NCBI GenBank assembly: GCA_031422435.1 | Contig: JANPLU010000123.1 | Span: 1-64,000 of the forward strand | Reading direction: 5' to 3' | Length of the DNA: 64,000 bases | From: Acaryochloridaceae cyanobacterium VAR_48_metabat_390 | GTDB taxonomy: Bacteria > Cyanobacteriota > Cyanobacteriia > Thermosynechococcales > Thermosynechococcaceae | Shown: in pieces, positions 29,982-40,569 of the stretch | Numbering within the stretch: position 1 is the first letter of the stretch | Layout of the letters: each line of letters starts with the position of its first letter | Translations under genes and position numbers: made by a program | Notes under the pieces: generated by a model | Told to the model about the DNA's origin: nothing | Seen by the model: the letters and a program-made list of their open reading frames with translations, nothing else | Databases searched by the model: none

Positions 29982-31700
29982 ATCGAAACGATCTACGGCA
30001 ATTTACAAGGGCTGAAGAGTAATCAGATTAAGCAGTTGCGGCGACTCTATCATCAGCGGCTACCTGGCGATCGCATCACCACCCCAGAGTTTGCCCAGCG
30101 GCTTGCCGCCATTAGTACCGAAATTCAAGAGCCGATCTGCACCTATCTCAATCGACGGGGGCAGGTCATACGGGTGGGCGTGGGCACCCCGCGCCAAACC
30201 CAGATGTCGCCCCAAGAGATGCCCCGCTATGGCGCAGAACGACTCAGCGGCATTCGCTGTATTGCCACCACGCTTAAAGGGGAGCCGCCCAACGAAGCCG
30301 CCCTCACCTCCATGGTGCTTCAGCGACTGGATGCCTTAGCCGTATTGAGCCTAACCGGAGGCGGATTTGAGCGCCGTGGGGGTGGCGCGACGGGCTATGT
30401 CAAGGCGGCTTACCTTGCCCATCTAGTGCCTAATCTTGAGCATCCGTGGACAGTTTCTGAGGCCATTGACCCCGACAATTTAGCCCAGCAAGATCTCTTA
30501 GACCTCGTTTCTAATCTAGAAGATGAGTTTCGCCAGTCTGAAGCTCCAGCCGCCGCTGCCGCTACCACTGGGGGTAAGTCAGCCACCGGAATTGATCGGG
30601 TAGTGTTGGTGGGGTTAATGACGCAAACCATGACCATGGAGCAGTTCCAAGATGGACTCGCAGAGCTGAAGCTACTGGTCGAAAGCGCAGGGGGACAGGT
30701 GCTGGATGAAATTTGCCAAAAGCGATCGCAGCCCCACCCTCAAACCGTTGTCGGTCAAGGGAAGGTTGAGGAAATTGCCCTACATGCCCAAACCTTGGGA
30801 GCCAATCTGGTCGTCTTTAACCGAGATTTGTCCCCTTCTCAAGGCCGGAACCTAGAGAACCAAATTGGGATTCGGATTGTTGATCGAACCGAGGTGATTC
30901 TGGATATCTTTGCCCAGCGTGCCCAGTCTCAAGAAGGCAAACTTCAGGTAGAGTTAGCCCAGCTAGAGTACCGGATGCCGCGCCTAACCGGACGGGGACA
31001 GGCTATGTCTCGACTGGGCGGTGGCATTGGCACCCGTGGCCCTGGGGAAACCAAGCTCGAAACCGAGCGCCGCACCATTCAGCAGCGTGTTAGTCGGCTT
31101 CAGCAGCAGGTGACGCAGCTTCAGGCTCATCGCTCGCGCTTGCGGCAGAAGCGACAGCATCATGGGGTGCCCGTCATTGCCGTAGTGGGCTACACCAACG
31201 CAGGTAAATCCACTCTGCTCAATACCCTTACCAACGCCGAAGTCTTCGCCGCCGATCAACTCTTTGCGACCCTAGACCCCACCACTCGGCGTACCGTTGT
31301 GCCCAATGCCCATTCTGAAGAACTTCAGCACATTTTGCTGACGGATACCGTTGGGTTCATTCACGAGCTGCCGCCTTCTCTTGTGGATGCCTTCCGCGCC
31401 ACCCTAGAAGAAGTGACCGATGCTGACGCGCTGCTGCACGTCGTAGACCTGTCTCACCCTGCCTGGATGTCTCAGATTCGCTCAGTCATGGAGATTTTGA
31501 AAGAGATGCCTATTACCCCAGGCCCTGTACTGCTGGTGTTCAACAAAATTGATCAGGTGGATGCCGATACCTTGGCGATCGCCACTGAAGAATTCCCCCA
31601 AGCGCTCTTCATTTCTGCCAGTCAGCGCCACGGGCTAGAGACATTGCGTACCAAAATGGGTCAGCTCGTAGACTATGCCGTTGTGAATGCTGGGACTTAG
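29982..31700 (+). CDS. hflX: GTPase HflX (probable ATC start at 29982)
   Basis: GIGTRGPGETKLE, GYTNAGKST, DTVG, NKID; the N-terminal ETIYGNLQGLK lies upstream of the TTG at 30036. Confidence 0.95.
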   Translation: METIYGNLQGLKSNQIKQLRRLYHQRLPGDRITTPEFAQRLAAISTEIQEPICTYLNRRGQVIRVGVGTPRQTQMSPQEMPRYGAERLSGIRCIATTLKGEPPNEAALTSMVLQRLDALAVLSLTGGGFERRGGGATGYVKAAYLAHLVPNLEHPWTVSEAIDPDNLAQQDLLDLVSNLEDEFRQSEAPAAAAATTGGKSATGIDRVVLVGLMTQTMTMEQFQDGLAELKLLVESAGGQVLDEICQKRSQPHPQTVVGQGKVEEIALHAQTLGANLVVFNRDLSPSQGRNLENQIGIRIVDRTEVILDIFAQRAQSQEGKLQVELAQLEYRMPRLTGRGQAMSRLGGGIGTRGPGETKLETERRTIQQRVSRLQQQVTQLQAHRSRLRQKRQHHGVPVIAVVGYTNAGKSTLLNTLTNAEVFAADQLFATLDPTTRRTVVPNAHSEELQHILLTDTVGFIHELPPSLVDAFRATLEEVTDADALLHVVDLSHPAWMSQIRSVMEILKEMPITPGPVLLVFNKIDQVDADTLAIATEEFPQALFISASQRHGLETLRTKMGQLVDYAVVNAGT

Positions 31701-31710
31701 CCACAAAGGC

Positions 31711-32481
31711 TTAAAACCGCACCAAAAACGTCTGAAATAGTTCTCCATCAGCCGTTTTGGCAATGTTTCCACCTGCCGAACGCACCAGCGCTTTCCACTC
31801 TGAGAGCGCTGGCAGAAGCACTTCTGCGCCTAGGTAGGTTTCTAGAATCGACCAGTTTTCGGCGAGTTCTTTGTCTGGATCAACTGCGTCAAAGATGAAC
31901 ATGCCGGAGGGTTTCAGTGATCGCTTGACTTGTTCTAGCACCAATTCCCAATACTCCAGTGGGTAATAGCAGCTCCATCCCGTTGCCACAACGCCGTCAA
32001 ACTGCGATGCCGCGTAGCCGAGCTGGTGCGCCGCGCCTAACTCAACGCCCTTAAACAGCTTGGAGTTAAGCTGTGGTCCTCGGCTTTTGAGCGCTTCTTG
32101 AGCAAAGGTGCTGATTTCTTGACCATAGAAAAAGGCATCCCAGTCTCGCCAGGGATAAATCAAAAAGCTCAGGCCGCAGCCAATATCGAGCCAATGCTGA
32201 TTCTTCTTTGGAGTCGCAACTTGCCAAAACTCTGACGCAATCCGTGCCTGGAGCTTGCCTGCTGCCCAGTCTTGGAACACGGGCATAGACTCTATCTCTG
32301 CGGGGAGGTCAAAGGCTTCTCTCTTGTACTCGCGGTTATACCGAGTTGCAACCGCCGTGGTTAAAGTCTGCCAGTCATGGCTGACCGTTGGGAGTTCATA
32401 GCCTGTACTCCAAGACTCAAAGGGCTGCTTTGCATTTTTTGACATTGATTCCATGCGCTTGTGCAGGATACTCTTCATCAC
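31711..32481 (-). CDS. Class I SAM-dependent methyltransferase (start uncertain)
   Basis: WLDIGCGLSFLIYPW motif I; FD.VVATG; LKPSG.FIFD. Confidence 0.85.
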   Translation of the reverse strand: MMKSILHKRMESMSKNAKQPFESWSTGYELPTVSHDWQTLTTAVATRYNREYKREAFDLPAEIESMPVFQDWAAGKLQARIASEFWQVATPKKNQHWLDIGCGLSFLIYPWRDWDAFFYGQEISTFAQEALKSRGPQLNSKLFKGVELGAAHQLGYAASQFDGVVATGWSCYYPLEYWELVLEQVKRSLKPSGMFIFDAVDPDKELAENWSILETYLGAEVLLPALSEWKALVRSAGGNIAKTADGELFQTFLVRF

Positions 32482-32883
32482 TATAGCTTTGTGTAGAGCG
32501 GTTCTAGTCTCTGCAATGCCGCTGAGCTAGAAATGACTAGAGACATACAGATTCAGAGCGATAAGTATTTGTCAATAAAAGTAGATATTTATTCGCGTAA
32601 AGCTATAGAAAACTAGAAAAAGCCGCAGAAACACGACATTGCGGCGTATTGGCAGCCCCTTTGATAAGTTATTTACAGACTTAGGAACCGTTTATATTAC
32701 AAATCCCGTTGACCAGATTATGGGGGATGTAGTCTAAATCTTAAAATTTCACGTAGTATCAAAAATGGAGAACCTAAGTGAGGTGATGCTGTGCTTACAT
32801 ATCAGCCCATTCATCACCCTGTACATCAATCAGATGCACTCCAGGGACTTGCTTAAACGAGAACTGCCGTTTCCATGAATTGA

Positions 32884-33195
<312 letters not shown>

Positions 33196-33238
33196 TTTTA
33201 GTGCCGCTGCTTAGCTTCTAATCAGCCCTACGTTAAAC

Positions 33239-33265
33239 AGGGGAATCTTATGGTTCCCCTATTTT
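33239..33265 (+). terminator. petF terminator
   Basis: AGGGGAA-tcttatgg-TTCCCCT followed by ATTTT. Confidence 0.6.
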
Positions 33266-33304
33266 GCTATTTAATGCGCTGTAGTCAAGACAACCTAGAA
33301 GTCC

Positions 33305-33332
33305 GTAGGGGCGCAAGGCCTTGCACCCCTAC
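33305..33332. repeat. GTAG-family REP palindrome
   Basis: GTAGGGGCGCAAGGCCTTGCACCCCTAC; related copy at 63279. Confidence 0.8.
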
Positions 33333-33361
33333 AAAACGCTAACGTTACGGCGAAGTATTAC

Positions 33362-34306
33362 CTAAAGTGCTTTAACCCAGGCGGTTGGCAAAAACAGCAT
33401 TTTTCTGAGGTCAGGGACGTAAGCACGCTTCGTAAATACGTCGTAGGAGTTGCGCTCAATCACGTTAAGAATTTGGCGGTACAGCACCAAAGCGGACCAC
33501 ACAGGCCAACGGGCGTCTTTTTCTAGGGCACTGACGCCGTCTTCTGCTATCTCAAAAAACTTACGCGCTCGCTCAATCTGAAACTTCATTAGCGCCTGCC
33601 AGCGCTCATCAATCACGCCTTCAAAAAGTTCGGCTTCGGTGTAGTTAAACAGCCTTAAGTCTTCTTGGGGCAGGTAAATTCGGTTGCGACGGGTATCTTC
33701 GCCCACGTCTCTAAGGATATTGGTGAGCTGGTTGGCAATGCCCAGGGCGATCGCCTGTTCAATCGGATCCTGACCGCCGCCGTTCCTCGCATAGGGGTTT
33801 GCCCAAGGTGCCTGGAGCCGATCTGAAAACGTTTCTAAGCCCATCACCTGAGCCGACATCAGGCCAACCGTCCCTGCCACGCGATAGCAGTACAGCTTTA
33901 GCTCTTCAAAGGTTTCATAGCGACTGCGGTATAGATCCATCCGCTGCCCCTCAATCATGTCCCGAAAGGGCTGGATATCGAGGCTGAACTGCTCGATGGT
34001 ATCTACTAGCGCCACGTCGTAGTCGTCGACGGGGTTTCCTGCAAAGACATCCTCCAGATTGGCTTCCCAAGCGTCGAGGGTGTTGGTGGTTGTAGCCGCT
34101 GCTTGAGGGCCGTCCACCAGCTCATCGGTGCGGCGACACCACATATAGATCGCCCAGATCCCGCGACGCTTTTGCTCGGTCATCAGCATTGTGCCGAGGT
34201 AAAAGGTCTTAGAATACTTTGCTGTGACCTGCCGACAAAGTTCGTAGGACTGCTCTAGAGAACTTTGGGGCTTCATGCGTCTTGGGGTTTCGGGCAGTTG
34301 CAGCAT
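33362..34306 (-). CDS. crtB: Phytoene synthase
   Basis: RRTDELVD, YCYRVAGTVG, QLTNILRDVGED. Confidence 0.97.
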   Translation of the reverse strand: MLQLPETPRRMKPQSSLEQSYELCRQVTAKYSKTFYLGTMLMTEQKRRGIWAIYMWCRRTDELVDGPQAAATTTNTLDAWEANLEDVFAGNPVDDYDVALVDTIEQFSLDIQPFRDMIEGQRMDLYRSRYETFEELKLYCYRVAGTVGLMSAQVMGLETFSDRLQAPWANPYARNGGGQDPIEQAIALGIANQLTNILRDVGEDTRRNRIYLPQEDLRLFNYTEAELFEGVIDERWQALMKFQIERARKFFEIAEDGVSALEKDARWPVWSALVLYRQILNVIERNSYDVFTKRAYVPDLRKMLFLPTAWVKAL

Positions 34307-34314
34307 GTTGGCAG

Positions 34315-35736
34315 CTAGACAGGGACGGCTTGGACAGAAGGCAAGGTCGAAACAGGCTGGTTCGGATGCGCTTGGTCAATAGCCTGCGCTGCCAGCTTAC
34401 CAGAAAGCACGGCACCTTCCATACTGCCCAGATACATCTGTTTGGTATAGCTACCCCCAACGTAAAAATTTGGGATGGGCGTTTCTTGCGTGGGCTTAAA
34501 GTCTTGACAACCCGAAGAGGCCGTATAAACTGAGCGCGGGGTTTTCACAACTTTATATTTACGCAGCTTTGCGGGGTTGTCTCCGGTTAAGTGCTGGGGA
34601 AATAATCGCTCTAGCTCTAGCATCGTGGCGGCGATAATTTCTTCGTCAGATTTATCAATCCAATCTTTGGCAGGCGCTAAGACAAACTCCAGCATCGAGC
34701 GGTCTGGGTCTTCGTATTCTTTGCAGGTGATGCTCATATCGGCATACACGCTCAGCAGATCTGACCGCGAAAACAGCAGATGATCAATATCTGTAAGCTT
34801 GCGGTCAAACCAGAGGTGCAGGTTAATAACCGGAACACCTTCTAGCTTGTTTAGCTTCTCGAAAAATGGAATAGACTTCCACGGCTGTGGCATCAGCGCT
34901 TTGAGTACGTCTACAGACATGGCGCTGACGTAAACATCGGCCTCAATAATCTCATCGGGCTGACCGTTCAGTCCCCGCATCAGGAAATGCCGGACGGTAT
35001 TATCTGCGTTCAGCACGACTTCTTTGAGCGGCTTTTCAAGCACCACTTCGCCACCGCCAGCGGTAATGTGATCCACGATGGGCTGGCAAAGGCGCTCTGT
35101 GGGGGAGCCGTCTAGAAAGGCGATTTTTGACCCGTAGCGTTCGCGTAAAAATTTGTTGAGCGCGGTCAAGATAATGGTGGCTGAAACATCCTCTGGATTG
35201 AGGAACGTTAGGGCTTTGGATGCGGCAATAAAGATATCGGAGTTAACTTTGTCGTCGATGCCCTGACGGCGCAGCCATTCTAAAAGGCTGTACTTATCCA
35301 TATCTTCGACGTACTTTTGGCCTCGCAGCACACCAGGCCATAAACCAATCGCAAACCGAATCTTTTGCTCCCAAGTCAGCATGTCGTTATTGCGCAGGAT
35401 CGACATGACGACGTTAAAGGGTGCCATGATGTCGGGCACACTAAAGTAAGAGTAGGTTCCAGGCTTCTCGGGCTGATTGAAGATGAGGGCGTGCTTTTTC
35501 CACTGAAGCCGATCTTCAATGTCAAGCTCTTTCATGAGCTGAAGCATGTTGGGGTACGCCCCAAAAAAGGCGTGTAGACCCGTCTCGTACCAGTCGCCGT
35601 CTTCATCTTTCCAGGCTGCGACAAGGCCGCCTAAAACATTGCGACTTTCGAGAACAATGGGCGTGTGCCCTGCATCTACGAGGTATTTTGCACAGGCTAA
35701 CCCTGCTAAGCCGCCCCCGGCGATCGCAACGCGCAT
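34315..35736 (-). CDS. crtP: 15-cis-phytoene desaturase
   Basis: [13 protein letters not shown]...[17 protein letters not shown]...[10 protein letters not shown]; adjacent to crtB. Confidence 0.95.
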   Translation of the reverse strand: MRVAIAGGGLAGLACAKYLVDAGHTPIVLESRNVLGGLVAAWKDEDGDWYETGLHAFFGAYPNMLQLMKELDIEDRLQWKKHALIFNQPEKPGTYSYFSVPDIMAPFNVVMSILRNNDMLTWEQKIRFAIGLWPGVLRGQKYVEDMDKYSLLEWLRRQGIDDKVNSDIFIAASKALTFLNPEDVSATIILTALNKFLRERYGSKIAFLDGSPTERLCQPIVDHITAGGGEVVLEKPLKEVVLNADNTVRHFLMRGLNGQPDEIIEADVYVSAMSVDVLKALMPQPWKSIPFFEKLNKLEGVPVINLHLWFDRKLTDIDHLLFSRSDLLSVYADMSITCKEYEDPDRSMLEFVLAPAKDWIDKSDEEIIAATMLELERLFPQHLTGDNPAKLRKYKVVKTPRSVYTASSGCQDFKPTQETPIPNFYVGGSYTKQMYLGSMEGAVLSGKLAAQAIDQAHPNQPVSTLPSVQAVPV

Positions 35737-35809
35737 AAACAGCTTTCCCTAGTCTAGAAGTTTACCGAAAGAGCCGATTTATCCCACTTCAGGCCAAATC
35801 TCGCTCCCC

Positions 35810-35834
35810 ATTATACGTTGCAAACCGTTACATT
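35810..35834 (-). promoter_or_regulatory. crtP promoter: -10 TATAAT with an adjacent HLR1-like (RpaB) direct repeat
   Basis: ATTATA at 35810-35815 (TATAAT on the minus strand); GTTGCAAA-CC-GTTACATT at 35817-35834. Confidence 0.6.
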
Positions 35835-35913
35835 TGGGGTCGATTTTGCAATGTAACTTCAAGATCGGCTCTCAATCTTAAAATTCGCTGCCTATATTTT
35901 CCCACTGAAGGGT

Positions 35914-37428
35914 CTAAAACGGAACGGCAAGGGAGCCGCCCAATAGCACGACCGCAACGGTATCCACGACCCCATGCACCAGAATGGGCACCGCCAAACG
36001 ATTGGTTTTAGCAAAGGCCAGCGCGTAAAACATTGAGGCTGAGGTTGCGAGGGCGATATAGAGTCCTCGGTACTGCCAAAGGGTGAGGGGGTTTGTGCCC
36101 GATGCATTGCCGACGTGAGATAGGCCAAACAGAATGGAGCAGCCTAGGACAGAGAGTAACAGGATGGTTCGGGGCGATCGCTGCGCACCAAGAATCCGCC
36201 ATTGACTAGAGTTGTTGCACGAATATGACCCTCTCCAACCCCTCGCCCAGAACGGGCGAGGGGAGCCAGAATTAGCCCTTCTTCTCGGGTGGGAGAAGGA
36301 TAAAGTCTTTGGGCTATGAGAAAGGGATGAGGGGGATAGGATTGATGCAGAAGGTCTACTTAGCTCAGCTCGATGCGTTAAGCAATCGCGCAGCAGCACC
36401 ATCAGGCCAGACCGGAAAAAGACTTCTTCAAAGATGCCGACGCGGAAGGTAAATAAAACAAAGTAAACGGCTAATCGCAGGGGGCTGAACTGGTTTTGGG
36501 CTTGGGTAGGCTGCACAAAGCCTGAAAGGGTGGCGATGGGGACTAAGGTGACGATCGCCGCCCCTACAATCACCCCTAACACAGGCCAATCTTGGTGCCG
36601 CATGGCAAAGCTATAGCCGAAATGCGATCGCCCCAGGCCTGAGCCATAAATCATGACCAAAACAAAGAGGTCAACCCCAATAAAAACCCCAAAGCTAAAG
36701 GAAGGAACAGAGAGCCAGTACAGAATGGCAACGCACAAGACCATCAGCCCAAAGTCTGACGGCACCAGTCGCTGCGGGAGAGACGCGGTAATGATTTGGG
36801 AAGGCCAGACTAACCCAAGGCAGACTAGCCCATACACTGCACTGATGGCAAAACCTTCCCAAGGGATTGCGGTGTGGTGCAAAGAGAGATAAAGAGTGTT
36901 GAGCAGCAGTAGGCCATACAGTTGCCAGCGCAGTGAGGGTTGGGGATTTTGCCGTAGAGACTGAACCACAAAGGGAATGCGAAGGGCAACAAATACGCCG
37001 CCTAAAAACAGGGCAGAATTGAGCCAAAATTGCCCTGTAATGATTAGAGTGTTGAGCTGCTCGATCCAATTAAAGTGACGAGGACTGAAGTTTAGTCCTT
37101 TCCCAAACGCGATCAAAACAGCTAAGGCAGCACACAGTAGGCACTGAAAGCCCAGTCCTTGCTTGGGCAGCAGTACCTGTTTTACAAACTGTTCGCCCTG
37201 CGGGGTAGCTAACCCAAAAACGGGAGCTGCGGCAAATGCCACAAAAGAAAACGCTTCACTTAGACTTTCGCTAGGCGGCCAGTTGCCTGCTTCTGGGAGA
37301 TGGTGCCGCAATAAAATTGCAGCGAACCAGATGGTTATGCCTAGGAGGGCAATGAATCCTTCCCCTAAGCCGCTGTAAGGTTTTGGCTGCAAAAAAATGT
37401 ACCAATGCCAGTATTGGTCTAACTTCAT
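35914..37428 (-). CDS. CPBP (CAAX/Abi) family intramembrane metalloprotease carrying a 50-aa MITE-derived insertion
   Basis: EEVFFR, FGLSH and HGVVD motifs; many TM segments. Confidence 0.85.
   Translation of the reverse strand: MKLDQYWHWYIFLQPKPYSGLGEGFIALLGITIWFAAILLRHHLPEAGNWPPSESLSEAFSFVAFAAAPVFGLATPQGEQFVKQVLLPKQGLGFQCLLCAALAVLIAFGKGLNFSPRHFNWIEQLNTLIITGQFWLNSALFLGGVFVALRIPFVVQSLRQNPQPSLRWQLYGLLLLNTLYLSLHHTAIPWEGFAISAVYGLVCLGLVWPSQIITASLPQRLVPSDFGLMVLCVAILYWLSVPSFSFGVFIGVDLFVLVMIYGSGLGRSHFGYSFAMRHQDWPVLGVIVGAAIVTLVPIATLSGFVQPTQAQNQFSPLRLAVYFVLFTFRVGIFEEVFFRSGLMVLLRDCLTHRAELSRPSASILSPSSLSHSPKTLSFSHPRRRANSGSPRPFWARGWRGSYSCNNSSQWRILGAQRSPRTILLLSVLGCSILFGLSHVGNASGTNPLTLWQYRGLYIALATSASMFYALAFAKTNRLAVPILVHGVVDTVAVVLLGGSLAVPF
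36207..36358. mobile_element. MITE with imperfect TIRs and TA duplication, in frame inside the CPBP gene
   Basis: Ends TAGAGTTGTTGCACGAAT and ATTGATGCAGAAGGTCTA (12/18 as inverted repeats); net insertion 150 nt; internal CCCCTCGCCC/GGGCGAGGGG hairpin. Confidence 0.75.
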
Positions 37429-37528
37429 GTTGCTCTACCCGTAACGTGCTAAAAGCGATGGCACTGTTATGAAAGTCGACACCAAAAGCCTCTGAAAACG
37501 TCATAGAGGGAGAGATATGGGGTTCTAT

Positions 37529-40216
37529 TTAGGTAGAGCTAGCCTCAGCCTTTTTCTGGGTGGTTTTAGCACGAGTGGTTTTAGTGGCCGCACCCTTAGT
37601 TTTAGTCTTAGCGGTCGCAGCTTTAGTAGTTGTTTTGGCTGTCGCTTTCTTGCCGCCTTTCTTTGTTCCAGCCTTTTCTAAAACCAACTTCAGGGCTTCT
37701 TCTAGAGAGATATTTTCAACCGTTGTTTCTTCTGGCAGACTGGCGTTGACTTTGCCATATTTGATGTAGGGGCCATAAGGGCCATCATAAATATTAATAG
37801 GTTCCCCATCTTCAGGGTGCTGGCCTAGTTCCCGCAGCGCCTGCTTCGCCGCAGCCCGTTTCCCACGACCTGTTTTGGGGATTGCCAATAGCTCTAGCGC
37901 ACGTTCTAAAGAGACGGTAAATAGGCTATCTTCAGCCTTAAGAGAACGAAAATCTTGCCCCTCTTTGCCTTGATCATGCACGATATAAGGCCCAAAGCGG
38001 CCTAGCCCAACCTTTACAGGTCGCTCTGTCTCAGGGTGGCTCCCCAGCAGTCGAGGCAGCGCCAAGAGCGACAGCGCCATTTCAAGGGTCACGTCTTCCA
38101 TGGTGACGCCCTTAGGCAGAGAAGTCCGTTTGGGGTTCTTTTGGCCAGGCTGAGGCGCATCCCCAAGCTGCACATAAGGGCCATAGGTGCCCAACATCAT
38201 ATAGATGGGTTCGCCTGTTTCTGGATGGAACCCAACTTTTTCGGGACCCTCAATTTTCTGCTTCAGAATTAGCTCGACCTGATCGGGGTTCAGGTCGGCG
38301 GGAGTCATGTCCTTGGGCAAGGATGCAGTGACGGCAGCGCCTTCGCGCTCAGCTTCGACGTAAGGGCCAAACCGACCAATGCGGACTTTTGCTTCTAACC
38401 CAGAGAGGTCAATGGTACGGGCTTCGAGAGCATCAATGGCGGCTTCACGGTCTTTGACCTGATGCTCTAGCCCTGCATCACCCAGGTAAAAAGACTGGAG
38501 ATAGGGTAGCCACTCCGCCTCACCTCTAGAGATGTCGTCTAGGGTTTGCTCCATGCGGGCAGTGAAGCCAACATCTACCAAATCAGGGAAGTATTTTTCT
38601 AAGAGTGCCGTGACGGCAAAGGCGGTAAAGGTGGGCACAAGGCTGGTGTTGCCCTGACGCTGGACGTAACCTCGGTCAATAATGGTGCCAATAACGGAGG
38701 CATAGGTGCTAGGTCGCCCAATCCCTTCGCTTTCTAGAGTTTTGACGAGAGATGCATCGGTGTAGCGAGCAGGGGGCTGGGTTTCGTGACCGATCGCTTC
38801 TAAGGTTTTGCAGATGGGGCGATCGCCCTTCTTAAGATCCGGCAAAATCACTTCCTGGTCATCAAGAGCAGCATCGGGGTCATCCGACCCTTCAACATAG
38901 GCACGGAAAAAGCCAGGGAAATCAATGCGTTTGCCAGAGGCCCTAAAGCCAGCATCTTCGACGTTAATTTGAACGGTGACAAAGGTTTGACGCGCTTCTG
39001 CCATTTGGGTGGCGACCGTGCGCTTCCAGACCATTTCGTAAACCGCCAACTCCAGCGCCTTTAGACCCGTTTCTTTGGGGGTACGGAAGGGGCTACCCGC
39101 CGGACGAATGGCTTCGTGGGCTTCTTGGGCACCTTTAGATTTGGTGGTGAACTGGCGCGGTTCAGGACTGAGGTAGGGGGTGCCGTAGAGGGTTTCGACC
39201 GAGGTACGGGCAGCAACGATCGCCTGTTCTGACAGATGCACCGAGTCGGTTCGCATGTAGGTGATGTAGCCCTGCTCATAGAGACTTTGGGCAATTCGCA
39301 TGGTTTCACGGGCAGAGAGGCGTAGTTTACGACTGGCCTCTTGCTGAAGCGTGGAGGTAATAAACGGCGGTGCGGGTTTGCGGGTGACGGGGCGTTCTTC
39401 AATGCCGCTGACCTGCCACTGTTTTTGGTCTAGGCGCTGCCGCAGCGCCGTGGCTTCGGCCTCGTTGAGCAAAACGACTTGACGACCTTCAATCACCTGA
39501 CCCGTGTTTTCATCAAAGTCACTGCCTGTGGCGAGGCGCTGACCGTTTAGCGTCACAAGCTTGGCAGAAAACGGCGTTTTGTCTTTTTCTAAACTCGCCT
39601 TAAGATCCCAGTAGCTGCCCTGACGGAAGGCGCGGCGCTCTCGCTCTCGCTGCACGAGTACCCGTACTGCCACAGACTGTACCCGTCCGGCGGAGAGGCT
39701 GGGGGCAATTTTTTTCCACAGCAGGGGCGAGAGCGTATAGCCCACCAATCTATCAAGAATCCGGCGTGTTTCTTGAGCGCGGACGAGGCGCTGGTCTACC
39801 TCTCGACATTTGCCTAAGGCCGCTTTAATGGCCTCATCAGTAATTTCATGAAACACCATTCGCTTGATGGGCACCTTGGGCTGCAAAACCTGAATGAGAT
39901 GCCAGCTAATGCTCTCTCCTTCTCGATCTTCGTCAGTGGCAAGAAGCAGCTCATCGGCATCGGCGAGTGCTTCTTTCAGCTCTTTGACCAGCTTCTTTTT
40001 GTCTTTGGACACCACGTAGAGCGGCTCAAAGTTGGCGTGGACATTAACCCCTAAAGAAGACCACTTTTCAGCCTTGACCGCCGCTGGAATTTCGCTTGCA
40101 TCCCTGGGCAGATCCCGAACGTGACCCATCGAAGCTTCAACCCGATAGCTAGAGGGTAGAAAATTCCGAATGGTTCGGGCTTTGGTAGGAGATTCAACAA
40201 TAACCAGCGTGGACAT
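37529..40216 (-). CDS. topA: DNA topoisomerase I
   Basis: [35 protein letters not shown]-terminal GRFGPY repeats and a K/T/A-rich tail. Confidence 0.98.
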   Translation of the reverse strand: MSTLVIVESPTKARTIRNFLPSSYRVEASMGHVRDLPRDASEIPAAVKAEKWSSLGVNVHANFEPLYVVSKDKKKLVKELKEALADADELLLATDEDREGESISWHLIQVLQPKVPIKRMVFHEITDEAIKAALGKCREVDQRLVRAQETRRILDRLVGYTLSPLLWKKIAPSLSAGRVQSVAVRVLVQRERERRAFRQGSYWDLKASLEKDKTPFSAKLVTLNGQRLATGSDFDENTGQVIEGRQVVLLNEAEATALRQRLDQKQWQVSGIEERPVTRKPAPPFITSTLQQEASRKLRLSARETMRIAQSLYEQGYITYMRTDSVHLSEQAIVAARTSVETLYGTPYLSPEPRQFTTKSKGAQEAHEAIRPAGSPFRTPKETGLKALELAVYEMVWKRTVATQMAEARQTFVTVQINVEDAGFRASGKRIDFPGFFRAYVEGSDDPDAALDDQEVILPDLKKGDRPICKTLEAIGHETQPPARYTDASLVKTLESEGIGRPSTYASVIGTIIDRGYVQRQGNTSLVPTFTAFAVTALLEKYFPDLVDVGFTARMEQTLDDISRGEAEWLPYLQSFYLGDAGLEHQVKDREAAIDALEARTIDLSGLEAKVRIGRFGPYVEAEREGAAVTASLPKDMTPADLNPDQVELILKQKIEGPEKVGFHPETGEPIYMMLGTYGPYVQLGDAPQPGQKNPKRTSLPKGVTMEDVTLEMALSLLALPRLLGSHPETERPVKVGLGRFGPYIVHDQGKEGQDFRSLKAEDSLFTVSLERALELLAIPKTGRGKRAAAKQALRELGQHPEDGEPINIYDGPYGPYIKYGKVNASLPEETTVENISLEEALKLVLEKAGTKKGGKKATAKTTTKAATAKTKTKGAATKTTRAKTTQKKAEASST

Positions 40217-40569
40217 AGGACGCGATCAACCCAAAGGAGTATGAAACAAAACCGAGCTTAATCAGCCATTGTAGGCAACACCGTTGCAAAGACCTTCCGT
40301 AGATGGACGGATTTGTTTTCGTTTTGGCTGATTGAAGCGAATGAAGAATTAGCAAAGATGCGTATAAGACATTAGAGAGTTACAAACGGCGCTGTTGTCA
40401 AGTCTTCTCGTGCAGAAATCATAGCGCTTCTATAATCTATATTGAATCCTGCTATCGTGCTTGAGCCGCAATGCGGGTTAAAATTTTCAATGTGTTACAT
40501 CGGCCTTAAGCTAATCATGGTTTGCTTAAGGTAATTTGCAAAGCTTAGAACGTTATTCACGGCACCCCT

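Noticed and set aside
32661..32680. Possible Fur box upstream of petF (TTGATAAGTTATTTACAG)
   Set aside because: Weak dyad symmetry in an AT-rich region; not distinguishable from background.
37529..37670. Low-complexity K/T/A repeats at the topA 3' end
   Set aside because: Basic C-terminal tails are a normal feature of this type of TopA.
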